Of a stretch of DNA of 64,000 nt, positions 1 to 11,600 are shown in pieces (the first letter of the stretch is position 1; each line of letters begins with the position of its first letter). This DNA comes from Protoeuglena noctilucae. Lineage: Eukaryota. The position numbers and the translations under genes were made by a program. The notes under the pieces were generated by a model. It saw nothing but the letters and a program-made list of their open reading frames with translations. It made no database searches and had not been told where the DNA came from. The stretch spans positions 310,001 through 374,000 of the forward strand of contig OY253684.1 in NCBI GenBank assembly GCA_958009085.1, given 5' to 3'.

Positions 1-127
1 GGGACCATTTCGTTGCCGCTGCGGGTGTTGCCCTGCTGACAAGCAACATTTGCATGAGCACTGGACATGTCGGCATCAGACAGCGGAAGGCAGCTGTGAA
101 CCAAAACAGATCCCCCCGGCCCGCCTC

Positions 128-586
128 CTCACTTGACGATGGGCTCCACGCGGTTCTTGGGCATCGGCACGCCGTACTCGGACCGCTGCTCGCCACCTCC
201 AAAGAGCGACGAGAAGGGGTTGCTGTTGGCCTGCGCCTTGGGCTCCTCCTTAGGCTTGGCCGCGACAGAGGCCGCGGCGGGCTTGGCAGCGGGAGTCGTG
301 GCGGGTGCGGCCGCGGCAGGCTTGGCGGCAGGTGCCGCAGCAGGGGCAGCCGCCGCGGCAGGCTTGGCGGCGGCCTCGGCCGGCGACCTTGCCCTCCATG
401 CCTTGATCCATGCCTTAGCCTCCTCGCGGTTCTCCGCCGGGCTCTTGGTGCTGCGGGCACAACACGCGACGTCCCATGCGACCACCGCCCCGCGGCAGCT
501 AGCGCACCGCACAACACCCGCCATGGGAGGCTCACTTGACGATGGGCTCCACGCGGTTCTTGGGCATCGGCACGCCGTACTCGGAC
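128..586. repeat. Perfect 56-bp direct repeat (128-183 and 531-586) encoding SEYGVPMPKNRVEPIV plus a GTGAG splice donor on the minus strand
   Basis: The two copies are identical base for base. Confidence 0.95.
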
Positions 587-3560
587 AGGTCCTGGCTGCT
601 GGTGGCCCCGCCCACCATGCCCCCGAAGAGCGCCGCGAAGGGGTTGGACGGCTTGGCCGACGCCGAAGCCGCCGCCTTGGCCTTCCGGGCCTCCTCCTCG
701 GCCGCGGCTTTCGCCGCCGCCACTTTCGCCGCCACCTCCGCCTTGGCCTGCTCCTCCGCCTTGGCCGCCGCCTCCCGCTTCGCCAGGTCCTCCGCCGCCG
801 CCTTGGCAACGGCCGCGCGGGCCTCCGCCTCCTTCTTCGCCTGAGCATCCGCCGCCGCGCGAGCCTCGGCCTCCCGCTTGGCCTGGGCCTCAGCAGCTGC
901 CTTAGCCTTGGCCTCGGCCTCCTTCTTCGCCTGAGCCTCTGCAGCCGCCTTGGCCTCAGCCTCTTTCTTGGCAGCCGCCTCCGCAGCAGCCTTGGCCTCG
1001 GCTTCCTTCTTGGCCTGGGCCTCAGCCTGCCTCTTGGCCTCCGCTGCCGCCTTCGCCTCAGCCTCCTTGGCCCTAGCCTCCGCAGCCGCCTTGGCCTCGG
1101 CAGCAGCCTTGGCCTCAGCCTGCTTCTTGGCCTCCGCCGCAGCCTTGACTTCCGCCTCCCTCTTCGCCTTCGCCTCCGCAGCTGCCTTGGCCTCGGCTTC
1201 CTTCTTGGCCCTCGCCTCCGCTTCCCGCCTCTGCCGCTCCTCCGCCGCCTTGGCCCGCGCCGCCGCCTTGGGGTCCACCGGGACCTCAGCAGCCTCCTCC
1301 ACCTCCTCAGGCTGCTTGGCCTTGGACCCCAGCAGCCCAGCGAAGATCCCCGGCACAGCCGGCGCCTTGGCCGCAGCCACCGGCACCTCCACCTCCTCCT
1401 CCTCCTCCTCCTCCTCCTCCACCGCGGCCTGCTTGGCCTTGGGGACCAGGCCGGCGAACAGACCCGGGAGCGCGGGCCCCTTCGCCTCCTTGGTCTCCTT
1501 GGCCGGCGCCTCGGACGCCGCCGTCGACGCCCGCACCGACCCCTTGGCCCTCGCCGCCTGCTTCCGGGCCTCCTCCGCGGCGCGCTGGGCCTCGGCCGCC
1601 TTCTGTGCCGCAATCTCCTCCTTGGTCGGGGCGTTGATCACCTCGTCCACCACCCTGCGCTTCTCGCTGTCGGAGAGGATGCGCCCCTCGCGCGCCGCCC
1701 TCTGCACCTCCTGCAGCAGCACGCGCGCCGCCTGCTCCCGACGCTCCAGCTTGGCCACCGCCGCCTCCAGCTGCTGCACCTTGGACTGCACGTGACCAGG
1801 CAGGGAAGGGCTTTACCGCCCCGTCGCACGCCAGCCTATGGGAGTTCCCCGCTGCTCCTCCCAATGCATGACAGCAGGTTCGCCGAATGCCCAGAGCAAG
1901 AGAGGCAGGCTCATTGAACCGGCCCAGTCCCCTGGCTCACCTCAGCCTGCTGCACAGCGGCAAACTGCGGGGCTGCCTCCTTCCGCAGAGCCGTCTCCTC
2001 ATCGATGACGGCCTTGATCTCGTCCCTCACCTCCGCCAGGCGCGCCCTGCAGGAGCGCAACACGGGCCACAATCGCCCTCCTGGCCCTCCTGGCCCTCGG
2101 GGCAGTCGTGGCCAACACGTGTTGCAAGCGACCCTGGATCACCCCCCGACAGCCCAGCCCCCGCGCCGGTCACCTGGCCGACTCGATCGTCTTCTCCGCG
2201 TCATCGAGCTCGGCGTCCAGCTGCTCGGCGCGCTGCACCAGCGACGTCCTCGCCTCCTGCGCCTGCTTCTGCTGCTCGATGGTGGGCCCCGAGGCGGGCA
2301 CGAGGCCCCAGAGCTCGGCCAGGTCCTGGTTCACGGACCCCTCGGCCGTCACGACCTCGACGACCTTGTTGGCCGAGGCCTCGCGGCTGTTGACGGCCGC
2401 GGCGATGAGCTCGGCCACCTGCAGCCGCGACACGACGCCCTCGCCCGCCTCCCCGCTGCCCTTGAGCACCAGGTGGTGGTCTCGGCCCCACGAATCCGTG
2501 ACGCGCTCCATGACGCCCGGCCGCACGACCGTGAAGGGGATGCCCGACACGCGCAGGGCGTCCTCCGCCCGCTTCTTCCAGAACAGGAGGCCGCCCAGCA
2601 GGTTGAAGGCCAGGTAGGGGAACTTGAGAGGGGTCGCCACGCCCAGGGCAGACACGAGCACGAATTGCTCCACGGGAATCGTGGAGTCGCGGCAGTGCTC
2701 GATGAAGGCGATGGTGGCCTTGCCGTCGATCTGCGGGCGGGGCACGTGGCTACGTGAGGCGGCAGGCGAGGGACAGGGCGTTGCACCGGTGCCAGCCGCT
2801 TCGCGGCCTCACGTCCGTGTAGCCCCCGGGCTTCGACACCGGGCCCGAGTAGGCAGCCGCAAACACGATGCGCTCACAGCCGCCCCGCGCCCGCGCGAAG
2901 GTGGAGGGGTCCGTGAGGTCGAAGCGGATGAGCTCGAGGGAGCGCATCTGCGCCTGCGTCATGATCCCCAGCTCGATGGCCTGGTTGATGAAACCCTGCG
3001 TGCCAGGCGCAAAGGATCCCCGTGAGCCACGGCCCAGGCCCATGCAGCGCGGCTGGGGTGAGGACCGCTGGCCCCGTCGCACCTCGGCCTCCTGGACATC
3101 CCGCACGCCCGCCCTGACGCGGAAGCCCTGGTTGAGGAGCTCCACCACGATGCGCGAGCCCAGCTTGCCCGTGGCACCCGCGACGAAGACGGTGGAGCCC
3201 TGGCCCCCGGACCGGTTCCCGACGCCGACAGACTGCGTCCCGGTCATGAAGCGGATGGTGCCCGCCAGGTCCGGGAGCCTCAGCGTCCCGGCGATGCGCT
3301 CGAACAGGGTGCCGCCCTCCGCCCGCGGGACAAGCACAGCACCCCGCCCACTGCAGCCACGGCAGCCACGGACATGGCTTACGTCGACGGCTGCCGCGCG
3401 GACGAGCACTAGGAGCGGGAACGCTAGCGGGCACGGCAGCCGGGGCAAGAGCGCCGCGCCAGGCGGGCCCGGGAGGAGCCCCGGCGCGGAAAACCTTCCT
3501 GCGCAATGTGCACGCAGTGCGCAGGGCCGGCGAGCCCCAGGGTGTCGCGGATCGGTGCAT
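129..3560 (-). CDS. Plastid NAD(P)-binding Rossmann-fold protein (TIC62/PTAC16/NmrA-like) with a long Ala/Glu/Lys coiled coil and a repeated C-terminal module; multi-exon, start approximate, may continue past the window start
   Basis: Spliced exons give TVFVAGATGKLGSRIVVELLNQGFRVRAGVR, GYTD|IDGKAT, FVLVSALG, LFWKKRAEDALRVSGIPFTVVRPG and VSRLQVAELIAAA, the atypical SDR motifs of the TIC62/PTAC16 type. GT-AG introns at about 2996-3082, 2731-2812, 2048-2173, 1787-1940 and 451-535. Confidence 0.75.
660..1270 (-). repeat. Coding low-complexity repeats (AEAKAAAEAKKQ-like, coiled coil)
   Basis: Translation of ORF 532..1791. A (CTC)n poly-Glu run also occurs at about 1393-1420. Confidence 0.85.
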
Positions 3561-4217
3561 CGCGACGCTCTGTCGCGGAAAAGGCGCAAAGGCACCCCAG
3601 CGCATCTCGTCCCGCGTCCATCTCCCGGGGGGGACCCAGTAAAGCCGAAATGCCAACACCGACCCGCAGCCGGCGCGGGAGGATGCGCCAGAGGGCGGCG
3701 TGTGTTTCGATTGCAAAACCACCATCGCCTCAGCGCGCAGAGAGGGCCAACTCTTGCGCTGGGGGGGCCCGACCAGGTGCCTCAGACCTCGACTTCCATC
3801 GCCATCCAGCACCCAGCCGTCGCGCGCAGGGCACCTGAGAACGTCGGCGCGCCTTGAACGCCCCTCATCGCGCAAACCCTGACCCACAGCGCGCCCCGAT
3901 GGCGCCAGGGCTGCACGCGATAGCATCCCGCCCGATTCCGGTCGCGGGGCGTGGAGCCAAGGCCGGCGCGTCCCCGTCGAGGGTCACCCTGCGTCCCGAT
4001 GGTATAAAACAGGCCGATGGGAGGGCCGCGGGGCCGCTCCAGGCCCAGCCGTGTCGTGTCGGACGGGACGTGCCAGTGATGACGGTTTTCTCTCATGGTG
4101 GTCTTCCGCGCGCCTGATGACATTTCGCCTGCATACAGTCCAAACGCTTGGTCGCATCGCCCCATCCCAGGGCGTTTCCCGCATCCTCGCTGTGGCCGGC
4201 TGGCGCGGACCTGCAGC

Positions 4218-7200
4218 ATGGCAGAAAAGCTCGGCGCCTTCAGGCGGCGGGCGCTGGTGCGTGCCTGGCGGCGGGGTCGGCGTCGGGCCAGGCCATTCCT
4301 CGCCGCGCGAGCTGCCGTGGTCCATCTGTGGCGCCGTTGCGCGGCTCCGAGCACTCACGCCTTCTATTCACTCAGACACGGCAGTGCATGTCGTTGGGCG
4401 CTCGCATCCGGCTCCCCTCAGCCGCGCATCGCCCCTCCCGGTGCGCGCAGGTTTCGACCAAGCTGTACGAGCGCATGGCTCGTATGATCCCCTTCTGGAT
4501 GCGTCCCGAGAACCCTGTGGTGCGCATGCCGCGTCTCCGGACGCGGATGATGCCCTAGCTCCGCGAACGCCCCTCCAGCGCACGGCTCCTGATCCCTCCC
4601 GCCCGCAGAACCGGGACTGGGTGGAGACGCTTGGCAAGGAGCTTGCAGAGAGCGCGGCGTCCGTCAACGCCGCGTCTAAGGTGGTTGGGAGGGCCAGCAA
4701 CCGCGCCGCCCCGCGCTTCCAGGCCCCGGCACCTCCCGGGGGCGCCTCTCCCACGCGCTTCTCCGCCAGGCCGACCCTCAAGTCGCAATGACGGATGCCG
4801 GGCCGTACCGGCGGAGCACCTCCGAGCCCCGCGTGGGCCGGCGCCGGCACCGCCCCACCCGCTCCCACGCCTGGCTCTCCTCTCCCAGGGACACCCCCTG
4901 CCAGTCCCAGGCCCCCACACTCCCAGCAGAGACGCGCCCGCCCTCCCCGGGCCTCCGCTCCCTCGCGCCCGCACTTCCCCTGCCTCTGCCTGCCCGGGAG
5001 TCCGAGTGGGGCCTCGCCTCTGCCAGAAGCCTCGTGTCGAGCCTGCCCAGCGCGCGTGCCGTGCCGGGCCCCATCTACGCAGAGGGCGAGAGGCCGTACT
5101 CGCGCCGCATGCGCTCTCTCCTGGAGCGCCGGCAGATGGCCGCAGCGAACCGGTGGTCGCCTGGCGGCACGTCCACGCATGCCCCAGCCACGCCCGACAG
5201 TCCGGCCCCCAGCATGCCTGGCCCGCGTGTGCGGGGTCCCGAGGGCTCCCCCGCCGTGCACATCGTAGCAGGGCCGAGCGCCGCTCATGGCCGCCGCTCC
5301 CGCGACGCCCCTGTCGCTGCTCCCGTGCTGCCACGCATGCCTGGGGCCCATGACACTGCCCGAGGTGCTGCGCTGCCCAGCAACGCGGATGCTCCCCGCC
5401 CCCTCGGCCCCCGCACCAGCCCCGCGCGCCAAGTGACGCTGAGCTCCCTGCTAGACGATGCTTTGGAGGTTTTGGCTGCGTCGTCGCGGGTGCGGCCGGG
5501 TGAGGTGGGGGGCGAACCAGGCGCGTTGGGGTCTGTGCCAGACGCCGTTGTGGGTGCGACTGGGGACAGGGAGGAGCCGCTGTGGAGGGATGCAGCGACA
5601 AGCGTGGCTGGGCCGACGGATGAGGGCGTGGCGGGGTGGGGTCACCACGCATGGAGCTCGGCTCTTCGATGGCTGGGGTGGGAGCGTGGGGCAGTGACGG
5701 GGGGTCCCGCGGGGGAGCATACCGTCGATGGGGTGGAAAGGGTCGGGAGCGGGGTGGGCATTCGCCGAGGGGGCGAGGCCAAGGGGGGCTGCGAGGGTGC
5801 GAATGGCACTCGTGACGGCGCGCACCTTGACAGGCCGCTGGCGAGCGAGGTGCCGGCCGTTTTGGGGTCGCGGCCTTTCTCGCCCGTGCGCGGTGGGAGG
5901 GCAGGGGATGCCACGCCAGCGGGTAACACGAACCCACCCCTGCAGCGGCGCTTGTTCGGTGGCGGGGACTGGGATGGGGCTGGGCCAGTGCTGCCGCTGA
6001 CTCCCCGGAACGTCACAGCGGTGTGGGAACGGGTGCCTGGGACTGTCGGTGACGCTGTCAGTGACGACGAGCCCCTGGCATCTGTTGCGGGGGGTCACTT
6101 GAGCTGGACGTCGCCCGATGTGGGTCCCGTGCCTCGTGATCGGCGTTTGGGTGCCAGCGATGGCCGTGGCGAGGGGCAAGTGGAAGGGTCGGCTAGGGCG
6201 AGGCGTGTGGGTGTTGATCTGGGTGGGGAGGGACAGGAGGAGCTTCTGCGGAGGTCGCTGCATGGAATACTGGACGGGTTGAGGAGCGGTGGGGGCCATG
6301 GCGGGGTAGGAGATAGATTAGGCGTAGAGTCGGACGCGGTCGGGGTGACGGGGAGCCCGGAGAGGACGGGGTGGCCGCACGTGGCAGCGCACGTCTGGCG
6401 AATGCGCTTCGTGGGCGCTCAGGTGAGCCTCGCGCGTGGGTGTTGCCAAAGCGGCAGGGTCACCCGTCGCCTCTTCACATGCCACTGTGCTGTTGTTTCA
6501 CGACACCTGTGCCGGTTACCTGTGAGGTTGTGCACTATCCGCCCCTGCGCCCACGCAGGACGTCCGCCTCCACCCTCGCGTCACCGATGCTTGGAAGTTC
6601 CTCCCCTGGCCGGTGGCCACTGCCGCCCTGCGCGCCCTCCTGGTCCGCCTCTGCTGGGCCTTGGCGCGCACGGGCGGGCACCCTGCTTCTTCCCACCTTC
6701 CCCTGGTCTGGACGGCAGTGGGGGCCGTCGTGGCACTGGCGCCGCCCCTCGCAGGCTCCGCACTGGGCCACAAGGACCTGGCGCTCCTTTCCACGGCCCC
6801 CGGCGCGCAGGGACGTCTCGCTCGCGCCGCGCTGTGCATCCAGCACCCGGTGGCACAGCTGGCAGTCGCTGCAACAATCGACACAGCGACCGCCGCCGCC
6901 GCCGTCGCTGCGACCGTCGCCGCCGTGGCCTCGCGGAGCGGGTCGGCCCTGCCAGGCACGCTGCTCTCGGCGCTGCCTGCACCGGCGGCTGCCCTCGGCT
7001 CCCTCCTGGCCCCCACCGCGGCGCTAGCACAAGCGGTGGCAGCGGCGGGGCTCGCGGGGCCCAGCGCGGGGAGTGCGGGGCTGGCTGCCGTCCTGTGCTG
7101 CATTGGCACCCTGGTGGCGCTGGCGGCCCCAATCCCAGCGTCGCTGGGGGGCGGGGAGCGGTGGGTGGCCCCTGTGGTCCTGGCCCTCGCCCTGGCGGCC

Positions 7201-8160
7201 TTGAGTCGAGCAGCGTCCCATTGGAGCAGGGAGCACACGTCGCACCTCACGCCTATGACGATGGGAGCGGTGCTCCGAAAGTTCTTTGAGGTAAGCAGTC
7301 ACGTGTCGTGTGTACTACACACGCATGTGTGAACGAGCCCACACGACGTGTGAGGGTGTTTCTCACATTCGCATATCCCATCTCTCTCTGCCCCGCAGTC
7401 CGGCGAGTGTCCGCGCCCCGCCGACATCCACGCCAGGCTCGCGGCCCATCCGCTCACCGCTACGATGGTTGGCGACACCGCCCGCGTCCGCATCGGCGTG
7501 CGCCCTGGGCCCTTCCAGCCCTTCCTCCATCGCTACCAGCTCTCACTGGAGGCTGTCTTCGGCCCCATACGCGAGACCCGCCAGTCCCAGGCCTCGCCCT
7601 CCCAATACGCCTCTCCCACCCGCCACGGCTCTGCCTCAGCAGCCTCATCTCCTGGCCGGCCCGCCCCTGCCGACCCCTGTCGCTACGTGGTGGTGCTGGG
7701 ACGGGGTGAGGGTGGGGCTCCGGTGGCCGACGTGGTCCTCCACGCCTCCACGAGCAGCCGCGACCGGGCCATGGCCGCCTGCCACGCGCACCTGGCGCTG
7801 TGGATGATCGCCACGTGCGCGCGCATGGACGATGGCGACGTGGGCGCTGTCCCTATCCAAGCGTGGGGTGCGCACGGGGCGTCGCTGTTTGAAGCGCTGC
7901 TGCGCGTGCGGGACGACTGCCGTTTGGCAGTCGTCCCGAAAATGGCAGTGGGCGCCGGGGGAGAGGCGGATGGCGTGGGTGCGTCTCTGGGGAACGGTAG
8001 AGGAGAGGAGGGGTGGGGCGACCTGGGGTGGTCGGTCCTCCACGAGGCGGGGGAGTGGGTGCGGGGGTGGTGGGGGGAGCTGTGTGCAGCGCTGGAGGAG
8101 GCGGGCTGGGCTGGGCTCGACACGGCAGAGATGGGGGACTTTGGGTGGCGTGCATGGTAG
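4218..8160 (+). CDS. Divergent RUS1/DUF647 (root UV-B sensitive)-like membrane protein with a long disordered N-terminus; multi-exon
   Basis: Phase-consistent GT-AG joins (donors at about 4257, 4520, 4681, 6423, 7291). A hydrophobic exon (6559-7290) is followed by LTPMTMGAVLRKFFE|SGECPRPADI and VVLHASTSSRDRAMAACHA, which resemble the RUS C-terminal pattern. The family call is from memory and weak. Confidence 0.45.
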
Positions 8161-8623
8161 CTTGTTGCAGTGCCAGTTAGCGTGCGGGTGCTGCTGATCA
8201 CTTGTCGCTGGCTTTAGTTCAAAGGCGATAAGCTGCTTCCCAAGAGCACCCGAGAGGCAGCGTACCAGGCACTTGCGGCAGCGAGTCAAAATGGCGTCAG
8301 GATCATGTGGGGCGTGGCACGCTCGTGCCACGTCGAAAAATGGAGCCGCGGGGGCCATCTAGTGCTATCGGGCTATCGGGCTAGGAGGGATGAAACCGCG
8401 AGCCTGCTTGGCTAGAGGGCTGCGGGTGAACAAGTGGGCGGCGCCACGGGAGCGGTGGCGCTGAAGGCAAGGCACAGGGCGGCCCCGGTCGGCAGGGTTT
8501 GGTCACGGATGAGGGACTTGGAGGGGCGGGTTTCTGGTGCGGGGTTCGCAACCCATTGATGCTGAAAGGCCGTGCTGGCGTGCGCATGACTGAATTGCTC
8601 TAGGTCAGGACAGGTGCGGAGTG

Positions 8624-11600
8624 TCACGGCAGCGTGCGACTCGGTCGTGGCGTGGGTGGGAGTGGGGGTGCGTGTATAGGCGGCTTGGCATGGCGCAGAG
8701 GCTCTGAGACATCGCCAACGTCACCGCCCAGGTCCCTGTGCAGTGGCAGTGCAGCAGGCGGGTGCTGCGAGTACCTCTTTCTCACTCGGGCTTCGCCCCC
8801 AGGGCGTCCATCACGGCCCGCCCCAGGTCGGACTGCAGGAGTGCGTTGACGTGGCGGCTGTCGACGTTGTACCGCACGCCCACGGGGCCCTTCGCGGTGC
8901 TCAGGGCCGCGAGGAGGTGACGGCGGGGACCCTAAGAGGGAGAGGCGACGGCTGGGTTGACGGCGTGCCCATGCCAGGTACTCATGGGTACCCCAGCAGC
9001 AGTGAACGAAGCACAGCGAGCACGTCGAGTCCAGCAATTAGCACGGCGAGCTGTAGCACACGACCGCAACTAGCTTCAGTAGCGTTCCTCACCGCCATGA
9101 CGTCCTCGGGGTGCGGCAGGGCGTCCCGGGCGGCCTTGAAGTGGCTGCGGCGGACGAGCTCCTTGGACCGGCACAGATGGCGCCAGCGCTTCTGCACGCG
9201 CGTCACCACGACGTAGGTGGTGAAATTTTGATGCTCCTCCTTGGCGAAGGCCGTTCCGCGGAACATGCGGCGGTAGAGCTTGTTCAGCTGGTTCTGGATC
9301 TCGCCCTCGGGGATGGCCACCTCGCAGACCTGCCGCGTGAGCTCGTACACGACCGACGCAAACGTCACGCGGCCGTCCGTCGTCAGGGGGATGTCCAGAG
9401 CAGAGACGAACTGCGGGCGGAGAGCGGGGCGGGTAATGAGCGGTGGCGGATGCAAGCAGCAACGCTCTTCCTAACATCCACGACGTCTCTCCGCCTGGCT
9501 GCAGGCGAACGGTCCGCCCACTGGCACGGCTCGCGAGGTGTCGCACCAGGCAAGGTCAGCACCCCGCTCGCCTTCATGACGTCTCGGATGGTCGACCCGG
9601 CCCGTATGCCCAGGGGCGGCCCCAGCTCCATGAGCAGCTCCTCCAGCTGCCTCGGGAAGATGGCACCCGAGCCGTCGTCGTATCGGGCCCACTTGGCGAT
9701 GAAGTCGTCCAGCACAGCGGGGTGCATGGACCACTGGTCTCGCTGCATCGTGGACTCGAACTGCTCGATGATCACCGTGGGGAAGAGGTTGATGAGGATG
9801 GTGGAGACGAGGAGCATGAAAGAGACCAGGTACGGCGTGGCCAGGGGCGTCCCGCACGACCCGTCCTGCGGCGGCAGGGTGGTTGTGAGGGCGCTGTGAG
9901 GGTGCATGGAACTCACACGCAGCCATCTCCCACGATCTCGCGACACGGCACAATCGGAGCAATCGCCCCCCACAACTCACCTGCTGGCACCCGGGGGACC
10001 GCGATGCGAGCTCGTGCATGAGCCCGGCCCACGAGTCGACGGTGGCGCACCGGAAGAGGGTCAGCAGCGCGTGGCCGAAGTCCCCGAAGTTGGCGTGCTC
10101 GTCGACGTTGACGCCGTACGCGACCTTGCCCAACAGCATGACACCTATGTACGCATAGATGAAGAAGATGAGGAGGAGCACGGCACCGACGTTCCACAGG
10201 GAGGGCAGGGAGTAGAAGAGGGTGGTGAAGAGGTCGTTGAGGCCCTGGACGCGCTTGACGAGGCGGATCATGCGTGCCAGGCGCAACACCCGCAGGATAC
10301 GGATGAAGCCCAGGTTGACGCTGGTGGAGGCGGCGAGGGTGACGACGACGTCGATCAGCGACGTGGCCACGACAAACATGTCGAAGCGGTGCCACTTGGA
10401 CTTGATGTATACCTGCCAGGTCCAGGCAGACGACTGCGGGGCGAGAAGAGGGTCGAGTAGATCGTTAGTAGTGCTTCAGAGCACCCGTGGTTATGCATCA
10501 CGTTGGTGGGGGTTGGGAGCACCCATGGCTATGCATCGCATCGGTCTCTCAACATGCGGCTGCTCCTCCCTGCTGCGGCTGCCACTCACGCGCACGACGA
10601 CCTCGGCGGCGAAGAGGAAGGTGAGGACGTAGTTGGCGTAGTTGTCTACCACGGTCTTGGCTCGCGGCTGGTCGTAGTACTCGGCGGCCATCAGAATCAC
10701 GTTCAGGAGGATCAGCGTCATGACAAACGCCTCGAAGTAGCGCCAGCTGCTGATGCGGGCGCAGAGGCGGCCGAAGCGGGAGCGCGGGCGGGGCTTGCCC
10801 TGCGGACGACGGGCAGCGGGGCGCGCGGTGTTACGTCGGATGCCGTCGCAGCGACCTGTGCTGCCCCACCCATCTCTGCCTCGCCCTGCGCCGCCTCTTA
10901 CCTCCGGCCTGAGCCTGGATAGGATGCGGTTCATCTCCACCCACTGGTGCTGCTCCTTGGTGAAGAAGGCCGTGCCCGTCTGGCTGAGCATCTTGATGCG
11001 GCTGAATTGGAAGAAGACCACGCTGCGGGGAGGGGAGGGAGCAGCGACAGTGGGGATTGCAGATCTTGCGATTGCGTTGGGGGCGTGGCTGAGGATGCTT
11101 TGGAGGGTCCAGCGCGGGACAGCAGAGGCATGGCCGATCAAGCCTGGGAGGGTAGCACAGGTCGCGTGCAGGTATGGGTGCTGGAAAGACGCCAGGCGTG
11201 CTGAGTTATGATGCATATGGCTGCCCCCACGCAACCCCAGCCCAGTCTCACCCGGCATACATGCTTAGGAGCGTGAACCCTACCACAAAGGTGAACACGA
11301 TGAAGAACAGTACCGAGTACTGGTTCGCTCTGGGCTTGGGCTGCAGGTCCTTGCCACGTGCCATCATGGCCGCGTTCATGATGTCGCTGGAAAGAGGAGT
11401 AGGTGAGCGCGACTCAGGTCGATGCAGCTGGGGTCAAGTGAGGGTGCTCAGCAGCCCCACTTGGCACATACATGCCGACCCGTCAGCAGTAAGGCAGCGT
11501 GCGCGCATCTCGCCTGTACCCGTCCATGCTGGACACCACGAAGAGCGACAGCACGGACTGGTAGAGGTTGTCGAAGTTGAAAGGCGCATTGGACCACACA

